A stretch of 58,117 nt of DNA, filler included, from Dimargaris cristalligena (Eukaryota), in NCBI GenBank assembly GCA_003614675.1. It is 7 parts of 7 records of this genome, joined end to end, with 100 filler letters (N's around TTAATTAATTAA, not from the genome) between each part and the next. Parts side by side here need not be neighbours in the genome. Positions count along the whole stretch, not along the records: positions 1 to 8,248 come from ML003344.1; positions 8,349 to 16,581 come from ML003345.1; 5 more parts are not named here. The stretch is one strand, 5' to 3'. Below, piece by piece: positions 1 to 12,646 of this stretch. The notes beneath the pieces were generated by a model. It was not told the origin of the DNA and did no database searches. It saw nothing but the letters and a program-made list of their open reading frames with translations. The translations under genes and the position numbers were made by a program. How positions within the stretch are numbered: position 1 is the first letter of the stretch; the number at the start of each line of letters is the position of its first letter.

Positions 1-1167
1 GGGGCTAAGGGGTTTTGGGGGGGGCGGGGGGGGCATGTGGGTCGGGGGAATCGACTTAGTACGCACGGCTGGGGTGGGCATCGGGGGCTTTGGCTTATGG
101 GGCTTCATGGGATGAACAGGGGGCTTCCATTCCAAAGGACGAGGGGGGCGGCGGCCGGGATGGCGGGTCGACTGGTGCTTAGGAGAGGGCTTGCGACGGG
201 GGATAGTCTTGCGAATAGGGCGACGGGGCTTAGCGGTGGTCGACCGGGATCCATTGCTGGGAAGGGGTGGCAAGGAATTATTGCCCTTGACCGGCAGGGG
301 CTTGGGAGCCGAAGTAGGGCGGGGCTTACGGGCGGGCTGAGCCTTGGGTTTGGTTACTCCAGTGGGCTTGGGGATCTGGCGTGGCTTAGTGGGGACCGGC
401 TTGGGATTGCGGTGGGGTTTGCGAGTAGAGGTGGGTCGCTTAGGGATATGGGAAGGGCGGCGGCGGGGCATCGGTCTCCGCATAGGCTGAGGCTTAGGGT
501 GGTGGGGAGTTCTGGGCTTGGTCCCACGGATAGGCTTAGGCATCTGATGAGGCCGGGTTGGGACGGGCCTGGGCTTGCGGTGAGGTCTGCGAATGGGAAT
601 GGGTCGCTTAGGGTGATGGGTAGGGCGGGGACGAGGGGGTAGCGGTCTCCGGGTAGGCTGGGGCCTGGGATTCACCTTGCGGGGGGGCTGAGTAGGCCTG
701 CGGGTAGGAACTGGGCGACGGGTAGATTGGGTCTTGGAAGGCGAAGTAGTGGGCTTGCGTGTTGGCAGAGGCTTATTCGGGATATTTTGGGGGCGGGGCC
801 CATTGTTAGGGTGGGGTCGACGAGGGGGTGGGATTGCGGCAGTGTACTGCGACTTGGAGGCGTTGTAAGGGGGTTTACGAATCGATTGGGGAAGGGGACG
901 GGGATACACCGGCGCCTTGGGATTTGGACGGGGTTTATGGGCCGTCGGGGGTGGGTAACCGCCGTATCCACCACTGTAGGAGTTGGAGCCACCGTAGGAG
1001 GAGGGGTCGGGGCCGTATTCGTCGTCATTGGCGGCCAGTTCCTGGGGTTCATTAGCGTCGGAGCCAAAGCTCCAGGGATTCATGGTTAGCTCTTGGTTGG
1101 GAAGGAGCTCGAAGCTCTTGGCTTGCCACACGGCGAGCGTAAGGGTAAGGAAAATGGAAACCTTCAT
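1..1167 (-). CDS. Secreted Pro/Arg/Lys-rich low-complexity protein, 3'-truncated (>=389 aa)
   Basis: ATG at 1167. The frame is open to position 1 (checked codon by codon); it is absent from the ORF track because it has no stop. Begins MKVSIFLTLTLAVWQAKS (signal-peptide-like), then an acidic/Gly-Tyr segment, then a P/R/K-rich body. TATA-like TATAAATAG on the minus strand at ~1381-1389. Confidence 0.8.
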   Translation of the reverse strand, partial: MKVSIFLTLTLAVWQAKSFELLPNQELTMNPWSFGSDANEPQELAANDDEYGPDPSSYGGSNSYSGGYGGYPPPTAHKPRPNPKAPVYPRPLPQSIRKPPYNASKSQYTAAIPPPRRPHPNNGPRPQNIPNKPLPTRKPTTSPSKTQSTRRPVPTRRPTQPPRKVNPRPQPTRRPLPPRPRPTHHPKRPIPIRRPHRKPRPVPTRPHQMPKPIRGTKPRTPHHPKPQPMRRPMPRRRPSHIPKRPTSTRKPHRNPKPVPTKPRQIPKPTGVTKPKAQPARKPRPTSAPKPLPVKGNNSLPPLPSNGSRSTTAKPRRPIRKTIPRRKPSPKHQSTRHPGRRPPRPLEWKPPVHPMKPHKPKPPMPTPAVRTKSIPPTHMPPPPPPKPLSP

Positions 1168-3103
1168 GGTTAATGGTATCGAGAGGGTAATCAAGCACGG
1201 TGGGGAATAGGGTGAAGGGGTTAGAATGGGGCCAAGGATGCACGTGGAATGAATAGGGTGTGGTCCACTAAATTGGAAGGGAATGCCGCTGGATAGGCGA
1301 GCAAGTAGATGGAAATTAGAAAATAGAGAAGATGTAATCGAATGAGAGTATTTTTATCTTTTAGAAGGAGGCGGGGTGCCCTATTTATACTCCCTGGCCT
1401 CAATAAGACCCGTTTAAGGTAGCAAGGTTAGAATAAGAACCTGAATTACCTGCATAATTGTGAGCTGGCCCATCTAGAAGAGCCGGAACTCTAGCCCTGA
1501 CTGCCCTGACGACTAAAATCACTCAACTGTTATTGTTTTTCTTGGTATAATTCAAGACACTGAACCAACTTACAGTCCATAATCCCTTTAACATATGGGC
1601 ACTGCACCGTTTAATGCCTTATTTGGCGTAGTTCTTACCAGGGTTGCCGTGGACTATAATAACTAACCATTCACTAAGGGAGCCCTTCCAGTAAGAACCA
1701 GCCAGCAATTCCTATTTTCATTCAGGGTGCGGTGAACTGACCGTGCGATAAACAATCAGGAGTTCCCGAACGCAAAACCAACAGTGGATGGGCTACATTT
1801 ATGTATTGCGTGAAGTTTGCCATAATCAGCCGAATCATTATTATAGTTCACTCTGAGACCTGTCAACAAAGGGGCCAATTGTGCTTAGTAGAGCCCCTCC
1901 TCTCTGTTTTATACCAACCGTATGGATTTTTATCAGTCATGGTCGTCGTGACCGTACCCCTGAATCATAACAAAACGTATGGTAGCGGAACGGGGAACTG
2001 GAAAAGCTGGTGCCAGCTACTTTGCCCTATTACCCCTTGGCAGTTAAGCCAGCAGAGTGGCCCCGCTCTCTTGTTTTCTCTGTTTTCGACAAGGCTATAT
2101 AGGTAACTTGCCAAATTCGCAAAGGGAACAACCGGTATTACTGGACTCCTGAAAATTGTTCCAATTATCAGTCGGACTGAATTAACGAGTGGCCCATTCC
2201 ATAGATGATTTGAAGCTTTGTTATTGGTTTAATTATGGCAAGGCTACAAGTGCACCCCATCCGCATTGCCAATACGCTCACCACACCGTCACAGGCTAGA
2301 GACTGTTTAGCCGGCCGCCCCTATTCAAAATACTACAGTTTAACCCACTCTGATACGCCCCCCCTTTAGGGAAAATTGGCCTATTTACTAGCCCACCGAA
2401 ATTCATAACAAATCATTGTACAGCCTAAATTGGAGCTTCGTTCAACGAACGTATTTGGGGTATTTGGATTTGGTGTGTTTATCATTACCGGAAATTAGTC
2501 TGCCATTTCAGATGCCATTCACATCGATGCGGGTTAAACAGAATTCACGACACCAGTGCCTTGTTTATCGTAGCAAACCATTTGTTTCGATTGGGCACGA
2601 CTGTAAACACTGTGTGTTTATATATTCATAAATTTGGTTAAAGGCAATTATGGCTATTGTAAGGGACGATGAAGTACTGGCCGAATGAGGAACATTTCGA
2701 GACAGCTTAGAGCTTGCCTTTATAATATTCGTTCGTGTTCCTTGCCGTATTTATAGACGGACAATCCAGTCCAACGAGCTGATGTAATTCATTCGCCAAT
2801 AGTTTAATTTTTAAACAAGTTTACTTAATAACCGGCGAAAATTACAACGCCATGATGATGATAGAGGAAGAATAAAGTACAAAAGCGGGAGGTGAGGGAA
2901 AATGTGCGAGGTAGGGGGGGGAGAGTATAGAATTGGCCCGTACTGAGACAATCCAAAGTCAAACTAGAATAGGCAATTAAGCAACCTAGATTGGTCTATA
3001 AAGCGGGAAGGGGTGACGGGCACCTATGATTAGAGGCGGTAAGGGGGGGTTGGGCTAAAGTGGGTGGTATAGGATCTATTTTTGGGGGAATATGATGTCA
3101 TGA

Positions 3104-4136
3104 TTACGAAGTTCCGGTGGACGAAAAGTGGGTGGAGCGGGTGCGGTGGCCGCGAGCCAGCGGATGGCCCGAGGAGAACCCCCGGTGGGGCGACTCCAGT
3201 GGGTGATTTTTGGCCTCGGGGTCTCCCCCTTTCGGCCGTATATGCCGGAGGGACAGCTGGTGGATAATGGCCGGCAGGTCTTCCCGGAACAACACTTTGA
3301 GCTGGTTTTCGATTTCCCGCTGCAGAAATAGACGCACCTGGGGGACATCGTCGAAGGTTGAGCTGACGAGGATACTCTCCAGGGGGTCGTTTTTAAAAAC
3401 CAGGGAGATGCCCCGGTGCTGGGACACGGATAGTAGCACGGTGCCACGTAGGCGGACCTGGCTAATACGTAACAGCATGGGGACAATCAGCGGCTGATCA
3501 GCTGCGAGCACTCCAAAGCGAGGCTGGAGGCTGATTTCACTGCGGCGCAGCTTCATGGGGTTGACCTGGACTTTAGTTTGGAGAGCGATATGGGCATCGC
3601 CCTGATAGACGATTCGGAAGAGACCGCGGAATCGGTCTTCGCCCAAGTCGCCAACCTCTAAGATATCGAGTTCGGGAGGCTATATACGGGGAATGGTAAG
3701 AGGTAGCAGGATAATTGAAGCGGCATGGATTTAATTAGACAATGGTTGGGCAGTGTCGCTGTAATGCAGCATTATGGACCCGCCACAGAAGTAGAGCAAT
3801 TCTTCTGACATTATAGGGGGGAGGGGTCTCAAAAAGGCAGAGCAGGGGCGCCAAAGTGCAAGTAAGGCATATCGTATATATAGTCTTCAGCAAGGCGTAT
3901 CCATGCACCCCCTATGCAGAGGGCCATCATATACGGAGACAGTAGCCATTTGGGGGGTATGTGTGTACCATAGTGGTATTTAGGCATACCTGAGATCCAA
4001 GATTGAGCTCCTTGACTTCGATGCGGTCGACGATGGAATCAGGGAGGTTGCCGTTATTGAGGGCGTTCGTTAGGAGCTGGCGAGCTTCCTCGTAGAAGGC
4101 TTCGCTAAAGTTCGACCAGTTGAATTTAAACGACAT
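3104..4136 (-). CDS. MDM34: ERMES subunit Mdm34 (SMP domain); exons 4136-3990 and 3679-3104
   Basis: MSFKFNWSNFSEAFYEEARQLLTNALN...LNLGSQ|PPELDILEVGDLGEDRFRGLFRIVYQGDAHIALQTKVQVNP...LVFKNDPLESILVSSTFD matches the Mdm34 family. Phase-0 GT-AG intron at 3989-3680. Confidence 0.92.
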
Positions 4137-5241
4137 GAGGGGCGATAGGGGTAGGCGGAGAGGATAAGACGGGGTAAAGACGGGACATTCCACGAAGCAG
4201 AGGAGGTGGAGGAAGGAGAGAAAACTACACACACATATATACGAGGTCAAGGAGGGTTGTACCGGAAATAAAATACAGCAAAAAAAAAGAGGAATGGAGC
4301 CGGGGGACTGGAAGGAGAGAGATATATAGCTATAAAAGGGGGAAAAGGAGGAAGAAGGACCCACAGCCAGGCTAAAGCGGGGCGGGTGTTTCCGGAGAAC
4401 AGTTTAGCTGGTTGGGCATTAAGAAGCCGGAAGGGAAGCCCGCCGCCTCTTTTTCACGGATTGTTGATTGGGGGGAGCTGCGCCAAAACGAGCAGCACCG
4501 CCACTATATCTTCTACAAGTGTAGAGTACTACTTTTACTGTATTTACTATTCTGCATACTAGTATTCCTTCCTTCCTTCATCTATCTATCAATCTGGGTA
4601 TTGTGCACACCATTTAAACAGGGATGATGGATGGATTAATCACACCCTTCAGCCCATACCAATGATACACAAACAACCCACCGGGTGGGGAGGGAGGATA
4701 TCACATGGGCATGGTTGGAAACAACAGTTGATAAGTAAGTGCACTGCTTACTTATGGCCAGAAAACGAAGACTTCCCAGTCACGTAGCCTTCGTGCCATT
4801 GGTCCTCTATAGCCTAGGGGTGGGAATAAAAGGTATACCATAATATATAGTAAGTAAGTACACTCTGCTCTACTCTGGAATTAATGCCGTTAAAAATAGG
4901 CCGAAAACCATGGGGGTTGTTTAGCCAGATTTACTCAGCATCAATCCAAAACTGAAAAAAAATGTGGTATGCGTGCTATCGGTGTCGATTCCATAGCGAG
5001 TGGAATACACCAAATAAACTACAGACAGGTAAAAGTACGGGGTTGAGCATAAAGCAAAATGAAAAAAAAAAACATTAAAATAAATAGTAATAAAGAATGT
5101 GTAGTTTGCTTAAAGAAAACCGAGCCACCGGAATACTGCAGGAATGGTAGTAAAATTGCCATCGTAACTTTAGCCGCCTCGAATATAATATAAAATAAAA
5201 TGAAATGAAATGAAAAATGGGGCAATTTCCAGTGACTATAA

Positions 5242-8200
5242 TTAACGAACTAGAGACGCCACGCTGACCAGGGTTGGGAGCCGAAGCCGAGCGGATGATG
5301 TCTTTTGTAGAGCATGGACCTGGTCCTGGAGGGCCTGGCTGCGATGGTGGAGCGTATTGAGTAGGGTTTGTTGGGCGTTGAAGGCGTACCGCGGCGTGGT
5401 CTTGAATGGCTGCCAAACTGTCGCTGGTTTGGGTGCGACCGCCACCTGGGATGATTCAGTCTTGCTATCGGCCGTGGAAGTTGTCTTCCCAGTAATATCA
5501 ATCACCTTGAGGGAGACGCTCACCGCCTGCACTTCGCGGTACAAAGACTTAGTCTGGCTCACCAGCGAGTTGAACTGCGGGGTGGTAGTCTTGGCCGAAT
5601 GCACTAGAGTTGCAACCGGTAACGGCTCCAAAGCCCGTACCACACTGGGCAGGGATGGTGCCGTGGTGCTCGTTGCGGCAGTGGGAAGGCGAAGTTGGCT
5701 GCGCTTCAGGAACACATTCTCGGAACGCAGGTAGGACACTGCCGAAGCCAGTGCATCGACCCGCTGTTTCAACTCCAGCACCTCCAATGAGGACATATTG
5801 GCCACCTCGTCCAGTTCGCCAGACTTGCCACGAGCCGCCAGTTTCTCGGCCCGCGCCGCGGCCTTTTTGGCCTTGCTGTTCTCCAGCTCGAGCTGTTCCA
5901 GTTCGTTTTGGAGGCCTTCCATGGCTTCTTCGAACATCTTTTGCTGTTCCTTGCCCTTTTGGATCTTTTCCTCTAGTTGAGCAATGGTGTCGGCCTAGGC
6001 AAAGTAAGTAATATAGTAAAATACAATCATTGTCAGTAAAAATATTATAAGATGGGGCCTAAAGAATAGTAGTCCGACCCGGCTCTAAATACCATCGACA
6101 GGTGGCAATAAAACGACAAACAATTACCGCCCACCGGTCGAGCCCGTGCCATCATCAGGGCTATGGCAACCCCGGGCCACTCTACACCACTTACCTGTTT
6201 CTTGACCAGTTCCATTCGCTTCTCCAGTAGCTCAATCTTGACTCCCGATTCCTGAAGGGCCTTGTCCTTGAGTTTAACCTCCCGGATCAAGTTCAGGATT
6301 TCTTCGTTGAGTGCCTGCAGCTTACGCTCCACCTCCACATTAAGCACCAACTCGGCCTTGAATTGGTGGGCCCGTTGCACCCACGGAGCATCCGTGCGTT
6401 CGTAGGACACCAGGGCCGTCGGCTCACCAATGGCCTCCACCACCTGGCTCATCTCCTGGTTCAGGGAATTAAATGCCTTGGCGGCGCAGGTCCACAGGGT
6501 CGTTTCGGTTTGACCCAGATGCTGTTCACTAAGGTCGAACAGCCTGTTCTGAATGCTAGACAATTCGGGAGCCGTTTGGTCTTCCTGCTGGTTGGCTACA
6601 TAATCAACCAGCAGAGTACGGGCCTCCTGCGTGTATTTGGCCAGCTTGAAACAGCCATCGGCAATCGCTTGGAACCGGGGCACCAGGGCAGGGGTCAACA
6701 GTTGGACCACAGCGGCCGCCGCCCCGGGGGTGGTGGGATGAGCCGGCGCGGATCCGTCCCCGCCAACGGTAAGGCCGAATTGCAGGATGCCCATCAGAGC
6801 CTCTTCGCCAAGCTCACGGACCCGACGGAGAAGTTTAGTGGAAGCTACCTTATAGGCCTTACACTGCTGAATCAGGGAATCAAGGGGTACAAAGAATTCC
6901 GAATGCAAGAGGGTGTGGTCCTCGGGACTGAAATTGGGCGAGTCTTCGCTTCCCTGCGACGCCAAAAGGGTCTGGCGGGCGAGGATAAGTTGGGCAAAAA
7001 TAACCTCGGCTTGGAGATCGAGCGCCCGGGCTTGGGTGAGGTACGTTTCGGTAGCGGTGAGCGGGCTGGGTTGCGGCAGATGGGACTGGACCAGGGTTTC
7101 CAACTGGTGCACCGAGCGCTGCACTTCGGGCAGTACTGCCTTGGGGGTTACCTCTTCCTGGCGGACGTGGTCTAGTAGGGTATTGAGGCGCTTCTCGATG
7201 CCCATTACGTCATGGTACAAGAACCCGAATTTCAGGAAGGTATCGGGGGAACATTGGGTAAGATGGGCCACGAATTGGGCCGCCGCACCACCCAGCCGGG
7301 TCAGGCCCAGGCGCAGTTGGGCGGTCCCCAGGTAATGCGGGGTGATGTGGTTGTCCGACTTTTCCACCCGCGGATCGAGCTGTTTGGTGAGGAGCCGGGA
7401 CTTAAACGCCAGCCGCTTGAACAAGAGCAGGCAGCGGATCGCGTTGTTCTCGTGTTGGAAGAAAGTGGCAGGCAGATAGGGTTCCAGGAAGTGCAAGTGC
7501 TCGGTGGCCTGTTGGGCCTCCAACTTGCGCAGTTCCAGATCGATGGCCTTGGCCTGGGCCTTCATCACCGTAGACTGCAACTGCATATTGAGGCTCAACA
7601 TGGCCTGCGACTGACTGGTGAGTTCCTGGGCCTCGGTCTGTTGTTCGGCCTGGCGTGACCGCAGGTCGCTGAGATCACTCTGCAGGTTCTGGACCAACTG
7701 CCGGAACTGCTGAATGGTAGCCTCGTAGTCGACCATGGTCTCATCCGACGCCTCCAGCTTCTTCTGGAGCTCCCGAAGTAGACTGTCCTTGAACTCCAGC
7801 TCCGCCTGGAGCTGTTTCTCGGTTTCGACATGGTTTTCTTCCATTTCATCGTTCAGTTCCTTCAGGGCTTCCAGATCCTCAATGACCACCTTCATTTCCT
7901 CCACCTTTTCATTCAGATCCAGGTTGCGCACACTGAGTTGTTCCACCATGTCTTCCGCTGCCATGGAATCGTCGAGGCGGGCCTTGAGGTCCTCAATGTG
8001 GGTTTCGGCCTGCTCCAATTGGCCCTTGAGTTCGGTGACCTGGTTCTGGTAGTCGGGGGCCTGGCCGAGTTCCTTTTCCAGGGCCTTGATGCGTCGCTGG
8101 TGCTCCGCCTCCTGCTCAGAGGTGACGTCGCGTAACCGGACCAGGGCTTCCTTGAGCCGGTCGTTTTGGCGCTGCAGGGTTGCATACTCCAGGGTTTGGG

Positions 8201-8248
8201 GCACATCCTCGTCGTTGAGCTCGGCCCCCGTGGAGACTCCGGCCAGTT
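5242..8248 (-). CDS. DCTN1: Dynactin p150 (Glued/Nip100/Ro-3), 5'-truncated; exons <8248-6195 and 5994-5242
   Basis: QNDRLKEALVRLRD, AEDMVEQLSVRNLDL, LKELNDEMEENHVETEKQLQ and AKAIDLELRKLEAQQA are p150 coiled-coil motifs. An in-frame GTAAGT...TAG intron (6194-5995) joins it to the 5242 ORF. Confidence 0.92.
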
Positions 8249-8348
8249 NNNNNNNNNNNNNNNNNNNNNNNNNNNNNNNNNNNNNNNNNNNNTTAATTAA
8301 TTAANNNNNNNNNNNNNNNNNNNNNNNNNNNNNNNNNNNNNNNNNNNN
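8249..8348. other. Artificial contig spacer
   Basis: N44-TTAATTAATTAA-N44 (stops in all six frames). Confidence 0.98.
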
Positions 8349-8573
8349 GGGAGCTGGTGGCGACATGAGAGGGGGGAGAGGGGGGAGAGGGGGCATGAAA
8401 TACTCCAAGGTTGAACAAGGGGAAGTGGGCTAGTCGAGGATCGCGTAGCAATGCAAAATAGAGAGTGGAAGTCGGAGAGACTGACTGCCATGAAAGCCCC
8501 GAGAACACGGTCAGGTATAGTGAGAGAAGATGCAAAATCAAAATAAATAAAGGGAACAAGTTGAGGAAAAGGG

Positions 8574-9589
8574 TTATTCCCATTTCCGTTTGTAGCGGCT
8601 GTTCATATTAATAGCCGGTAGATTATCGTGATGCTGGATCGCGTTGACCATGAAGTCCATGAACCGATGGGCGTACTCCCGGGGGTGCACGGAGGAGATG
8701 GTATGGGGGTCGTGGACGACGGACTTGACGAGATGCTCGAATTTCTTGGACGAGTTGTAGGGGGTCAAAATATCAATGACGCCCATGTAGTAAATCTTGT
8801 TGGTGGGGCGGTCATTTTCATCGGTGGCCAAGAACCCCCCCGAGTCTTGGTAAAAGATACAGTTGCGGAGTTCCTTAAAGGTGGCGTCGGGGAGGTGGGA
8901 GCTGACGGCATCGAGGGACACCGGGTCGGATTCGACGATGGCTTTACGCATAGCCATGATTTTACTGGAACGACGGTTGACGGGGTGGTAGGACATGGTC
9001 TGTGCATTGGGTTCAAAAACCGATAGGGTGTTGTCCCGGATGTTATCCTTATTGCCCCGTGACCGGTCGTGGATACCAATGAGGAGACTGTAGTCCATGA
9101 TATCGAGGCACGCGAGGCCGACAGAGTGATGATACCGCTCGACTGGGCAGCGGGGCCTAACGGCGGGGACGGTGTCTCGCGGTAAAAGGCGCGCGGAGTT
9201 GTAACGGTGCGGGGGGCGGGTTGCTCGCAGTGACTACCCTCGGAGGCGGTGCGGCGGTGGTGGGCCTGTAATATTTCGGGAACGGGTAGGGGCCAGGCCG
9301 ACGGGGAGGGTGGCAGACCGACTTGGTCCTCGTTAGACTGGTAGACGGTGGGCAGGGATTGGGACTGTTGGGGCAAGGAAGGGGTGGAGCGATTGAGGGG
9401 CGGAAGGGCGGGGTCGGGGGGCGATGAGGGAGTATGGCCGGGGTCTGGCTCAGTAGGGGGGGTGGAGCGAGGAGTAGGCAGCAAAGGGTCTAGCACGGCC
9501 GTACCTGCGGGGGATTTATGGAGGGCGATGGTCAATTTAGAGGAGCGGGGCCAAGTAATGGGGTTAGACCTGGGAGGGACGTTCGTCAT
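8574..9589 (-). pseudogene. MSS4: Phosphatidylinositol-4-phosphate 5-kinase (Mss4/Its3-like) with the central kinase core missing and a frame break near 9110
   Basis: The C-terminal part has LDIMDYSLLIGIHD and YYMGVIDILTPYNSSKKFEH...ISSVHPREYAHRFMDFM. The upstream Pro/Ser-rich ORF from ATG 9589 is in another frame. No N-lobe motifs (FKDY, GKSGS, FDLKGS) are seen. Confidence 0.75.
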
Positions 9590-11148
9590 GGTGGACGCTA
9601 AACCCACGGAGGAAAAGGGCACAGTTATACTTATAGAGGGGGAGGGGGGAAGACGTAGGCGGGTGGGAAACTACTAAGGTGGAGTGTCAAATAAAGAGAG
9701 AGGGGGGTAGTGGATATATGCGCATACAGCGTTAGGGGCGGGAGGCCTTTCGGCGCTGGACGAAAAAGACTATACTCTACACGGAACGAAGCTGGCTGGG
9801 CCGGAGTAATCCAAGAGAAATAATGGGGTCTAGAGTGGGTCGGCGTGGATGTCCAGGCGGAGAGGGTTAAACAGAGAGGGGGCTATAATACAAAAAGGTA
9901 AGAGGAATGGGCTATGGACGGGAGGGCACGCGAGGAAAAGAACAAAGAAGAAGAATAGTTGTAAGAGAGTTGCAGTTAGAGGAAAAAAGAGAAAGTAGGG
10001 AGCTCGGAGACCGAAAAGAAGGAGCGCTAGCTATGTCCTGTCTCTAGCCTGGTCTTGTCTTGGGCAGCCCTTTTACAGAATGGAAGGAAGAGAGGAAGGA
10101 AGAAGGAATTCAAGCAGCAGAAGAAAGTAGTAGTGGACAGGTAAGGTGCACACAAGGCGACAGAGTGGGTCACACAAGGCGATGGCTGGTGTGGTGTAGT
10201 TGGTAGGTGTATTATATATACTTGTCTATTTAGTCTATACTGCAAAGAAATGAAATGATACCGAGGGGCGGTAAAACCCAACAATCCACACAAACAGACA
10301 CACACACATATATCACGTAAGCCTCTCTCCTCGTCTCTTTCCCGTCGCGGGTGGAATCGGATGAAAACGAGACAATACCGGCCTACACATTCAAAATCGC
10401 CTGCACGTGCCACCCACATCCTCCGCCTTTATAAGCTGCAACTCTTGCCTCCCTTGGAACGGGCACTTCGCCGTCAATTAATTTATATATATACTGCATA
10501 CCACACCATCCCCCTTGGCGTAGCGTAGCTTCCTATCTCCGATACACATCCAAGGCATCGCCTACTAAAACCGCTAATGATGCAGTTGCCTCGTTCTTTG
10601 TGTCTGGAGCAGAAGAACCCTTCCTCAGAGAATCAGCCCGTTGGAAAAACCAGCGGTTGGAAGACAATGGCCGTGGAGGCGTCCGCATCGAGCATCGAGC
10701 GCGGCCTCTTTTTACCAGCGAGGTGTTGTGGTGGTATTTCCATTATGTCCCCCCTGTGTTTACTTATTGTCCCAGTCCGCTGGTTAATCTTTCTTGATTG
10801 ATCATGCCAAGCCATGCCTGACTAATCTCATATAGTCCATATCACGGTCGTTGCACTGTTATTGTCTACTGCCAACCCCTCCCTTCATTATCCAAAATTG
10901 TATCCATCTTCCAGAGGTAGGCGTCGCTCAGTTCAGCCCAGGATAAACAAAGGTGGTGGGTGGGTGAGTGTTTATTACGCTAGCTCTGGTTAAAGGTCAA
11001 TTGGTGGATCTAAATATACAGTACAGAGTACAACCCTCTCTCTGCTCGTCTACTGACTTGATAATATTTGGTGAATAGGGAGGAGGACATCTTGCTACAA
11101 GGAAACACACATACGTCGGCTGTTGTGCCCTTGTCTCCCGAATCCACC

Positions 11149-11691
11149 CTACTCGTCCTTCCATTGGTACTTGGGAGGAGCAGGGGTTTGCTGGCCTATG
11201 CTTTCTTCAAGCGCCTTTTGCTTCTTCTTCTGGTGCTCCATAAAGCCGTACCCCACGAGAGCTAGGATGGTGATGCCCTGGGCCAGCACTCGGTAGTGAA
11301 GCATAGTATTCCCGGCTGCTTTATTACCTCGGCGCAAATGGTACACCGCGGATAGTAGAGCACCGCATGTGGCCAGAGCCCCTACAATTTGTAATAGATT
11401 AAATACCAGTTAACCAGGGGGGCGCATAGAAGGGTCGGTGGTGGGGTCAGTACTATGATCCAACCAAGCTAATAGAAATACCCATAGAATTACGTCCTTA
11501 CTTAACGGTAGAGATAGTAAACCTTCTATATTCATATTGCGTTACCAATATATTTCACTGGTATTGACAGCCAAGCACACCTGAAATACATAAATGAATG
11601 AATACTCACCAACGGTTACGAAGGGTTCCTCGACCGACTTGCGCATGATACGGGCAAATACGCTGGTGTCGTGGGCGCCGTCTTGATGCAT
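11149..11691 (-). CDS. RCF1: HIG1-domain respiratory supercomplex factor (Rcf1-like); exons 11691-11610 and 11381-11149
   Basis: RKSVEEPFVTVG|ALATCGAL...LRRGNKAAGNTMLHYRVLAQGITILALVG fits the HIG1 pattern. Phase-1 GTGAGT...TAG intron. Confidence 0.85.
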
Positions 11692-12646
11692 GGTGTCAGA
11701 GTAAGTAGCCGAATTTGGTCGGGTCGGGGAAATGAGCAATGGAGGGGGGCTAGTTGGTAATGTAGAGTCCCACTGAGTGAAATGAAAAGAAGCTCGAGAT
11801 TCGACTAATAATAATAGAAAGCAGTCAATAGCATTTGGAGGGGAAAAGGAATTCTCTCACTCGATGGCTCTACTTTTTACTATGCATATATCTTACAGTG
11901 GGAGGGAGGGAATAATAGTGGTGGGGGGGGATGGGGGCTATATACAGTCTTTCAACTACTACTAGATAGTCAGAGAGTTCAGTTCAGCTTGACCAAACAA
12001 TATAAGCGGCACGATCCCCCTATAAGGCATTCTTTCATCACGTGGACAGAGCAATAGTAATGGTGGGCTAGTTGGGCATCATCCGTCACCCACATATATA
12101 CAATATACCACACCATACTTATTATACTTACTACACAATGAATGAATAGTAGTGTACTGGGCCAGAAAGAGAAGGCGTGCGGCTGGAATAAGGAAGGAAG
12201 GAAAGGGAAAAGGGGCTGTTAAAACCACACCCGTCACCACGTTTAGGCTTTGGGGGGGGAGGGGTCTTTTTGAAGGGAGAAGGAATAAGCCGCTGAGCCT
12301 GCTAAACTACCAAAGTCCTTCCTTCTAGCCTCCTTCTTTATCCTCTCAGTATTACTACTATTCCCCGCTTCACTCACTGTGTTTCGTATATTATTCGCAT
12401 TACCTAACCCACCTCGTTGAGCCTAGGAGGTTTGGTATATAAAATAGTATGCCCTTTTGCTTAAACCGTTCAATCCGTATATAACCTTTCCCTATTCCCT
12501 CGGCTCGGATGCTTCCAACCCTAACTAGCTTGTTACAGTTCGGCCTTGAATAGAAGAGGCCCCTTCTTCTCCCACTTCTACTTCTATCCCCCCCAACCCC
12601 CCTGTTCCGCCTGGTAATTGCAATCGCCTAGTCCACAACTGCCCCC

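Noticed and set aside
37..1089. Gly/Arg-rich plus-strand ORFs (37..642 and 727..1089)
   Set aside because: Antisense shadows of the Pro-rich minus-strand gene.
3104..3250. Short C-terminal tail of Mdm34 (240 aa total)
   Set aside because: The SMP domain is complete and tail length varies in this family; no sign of disruption.
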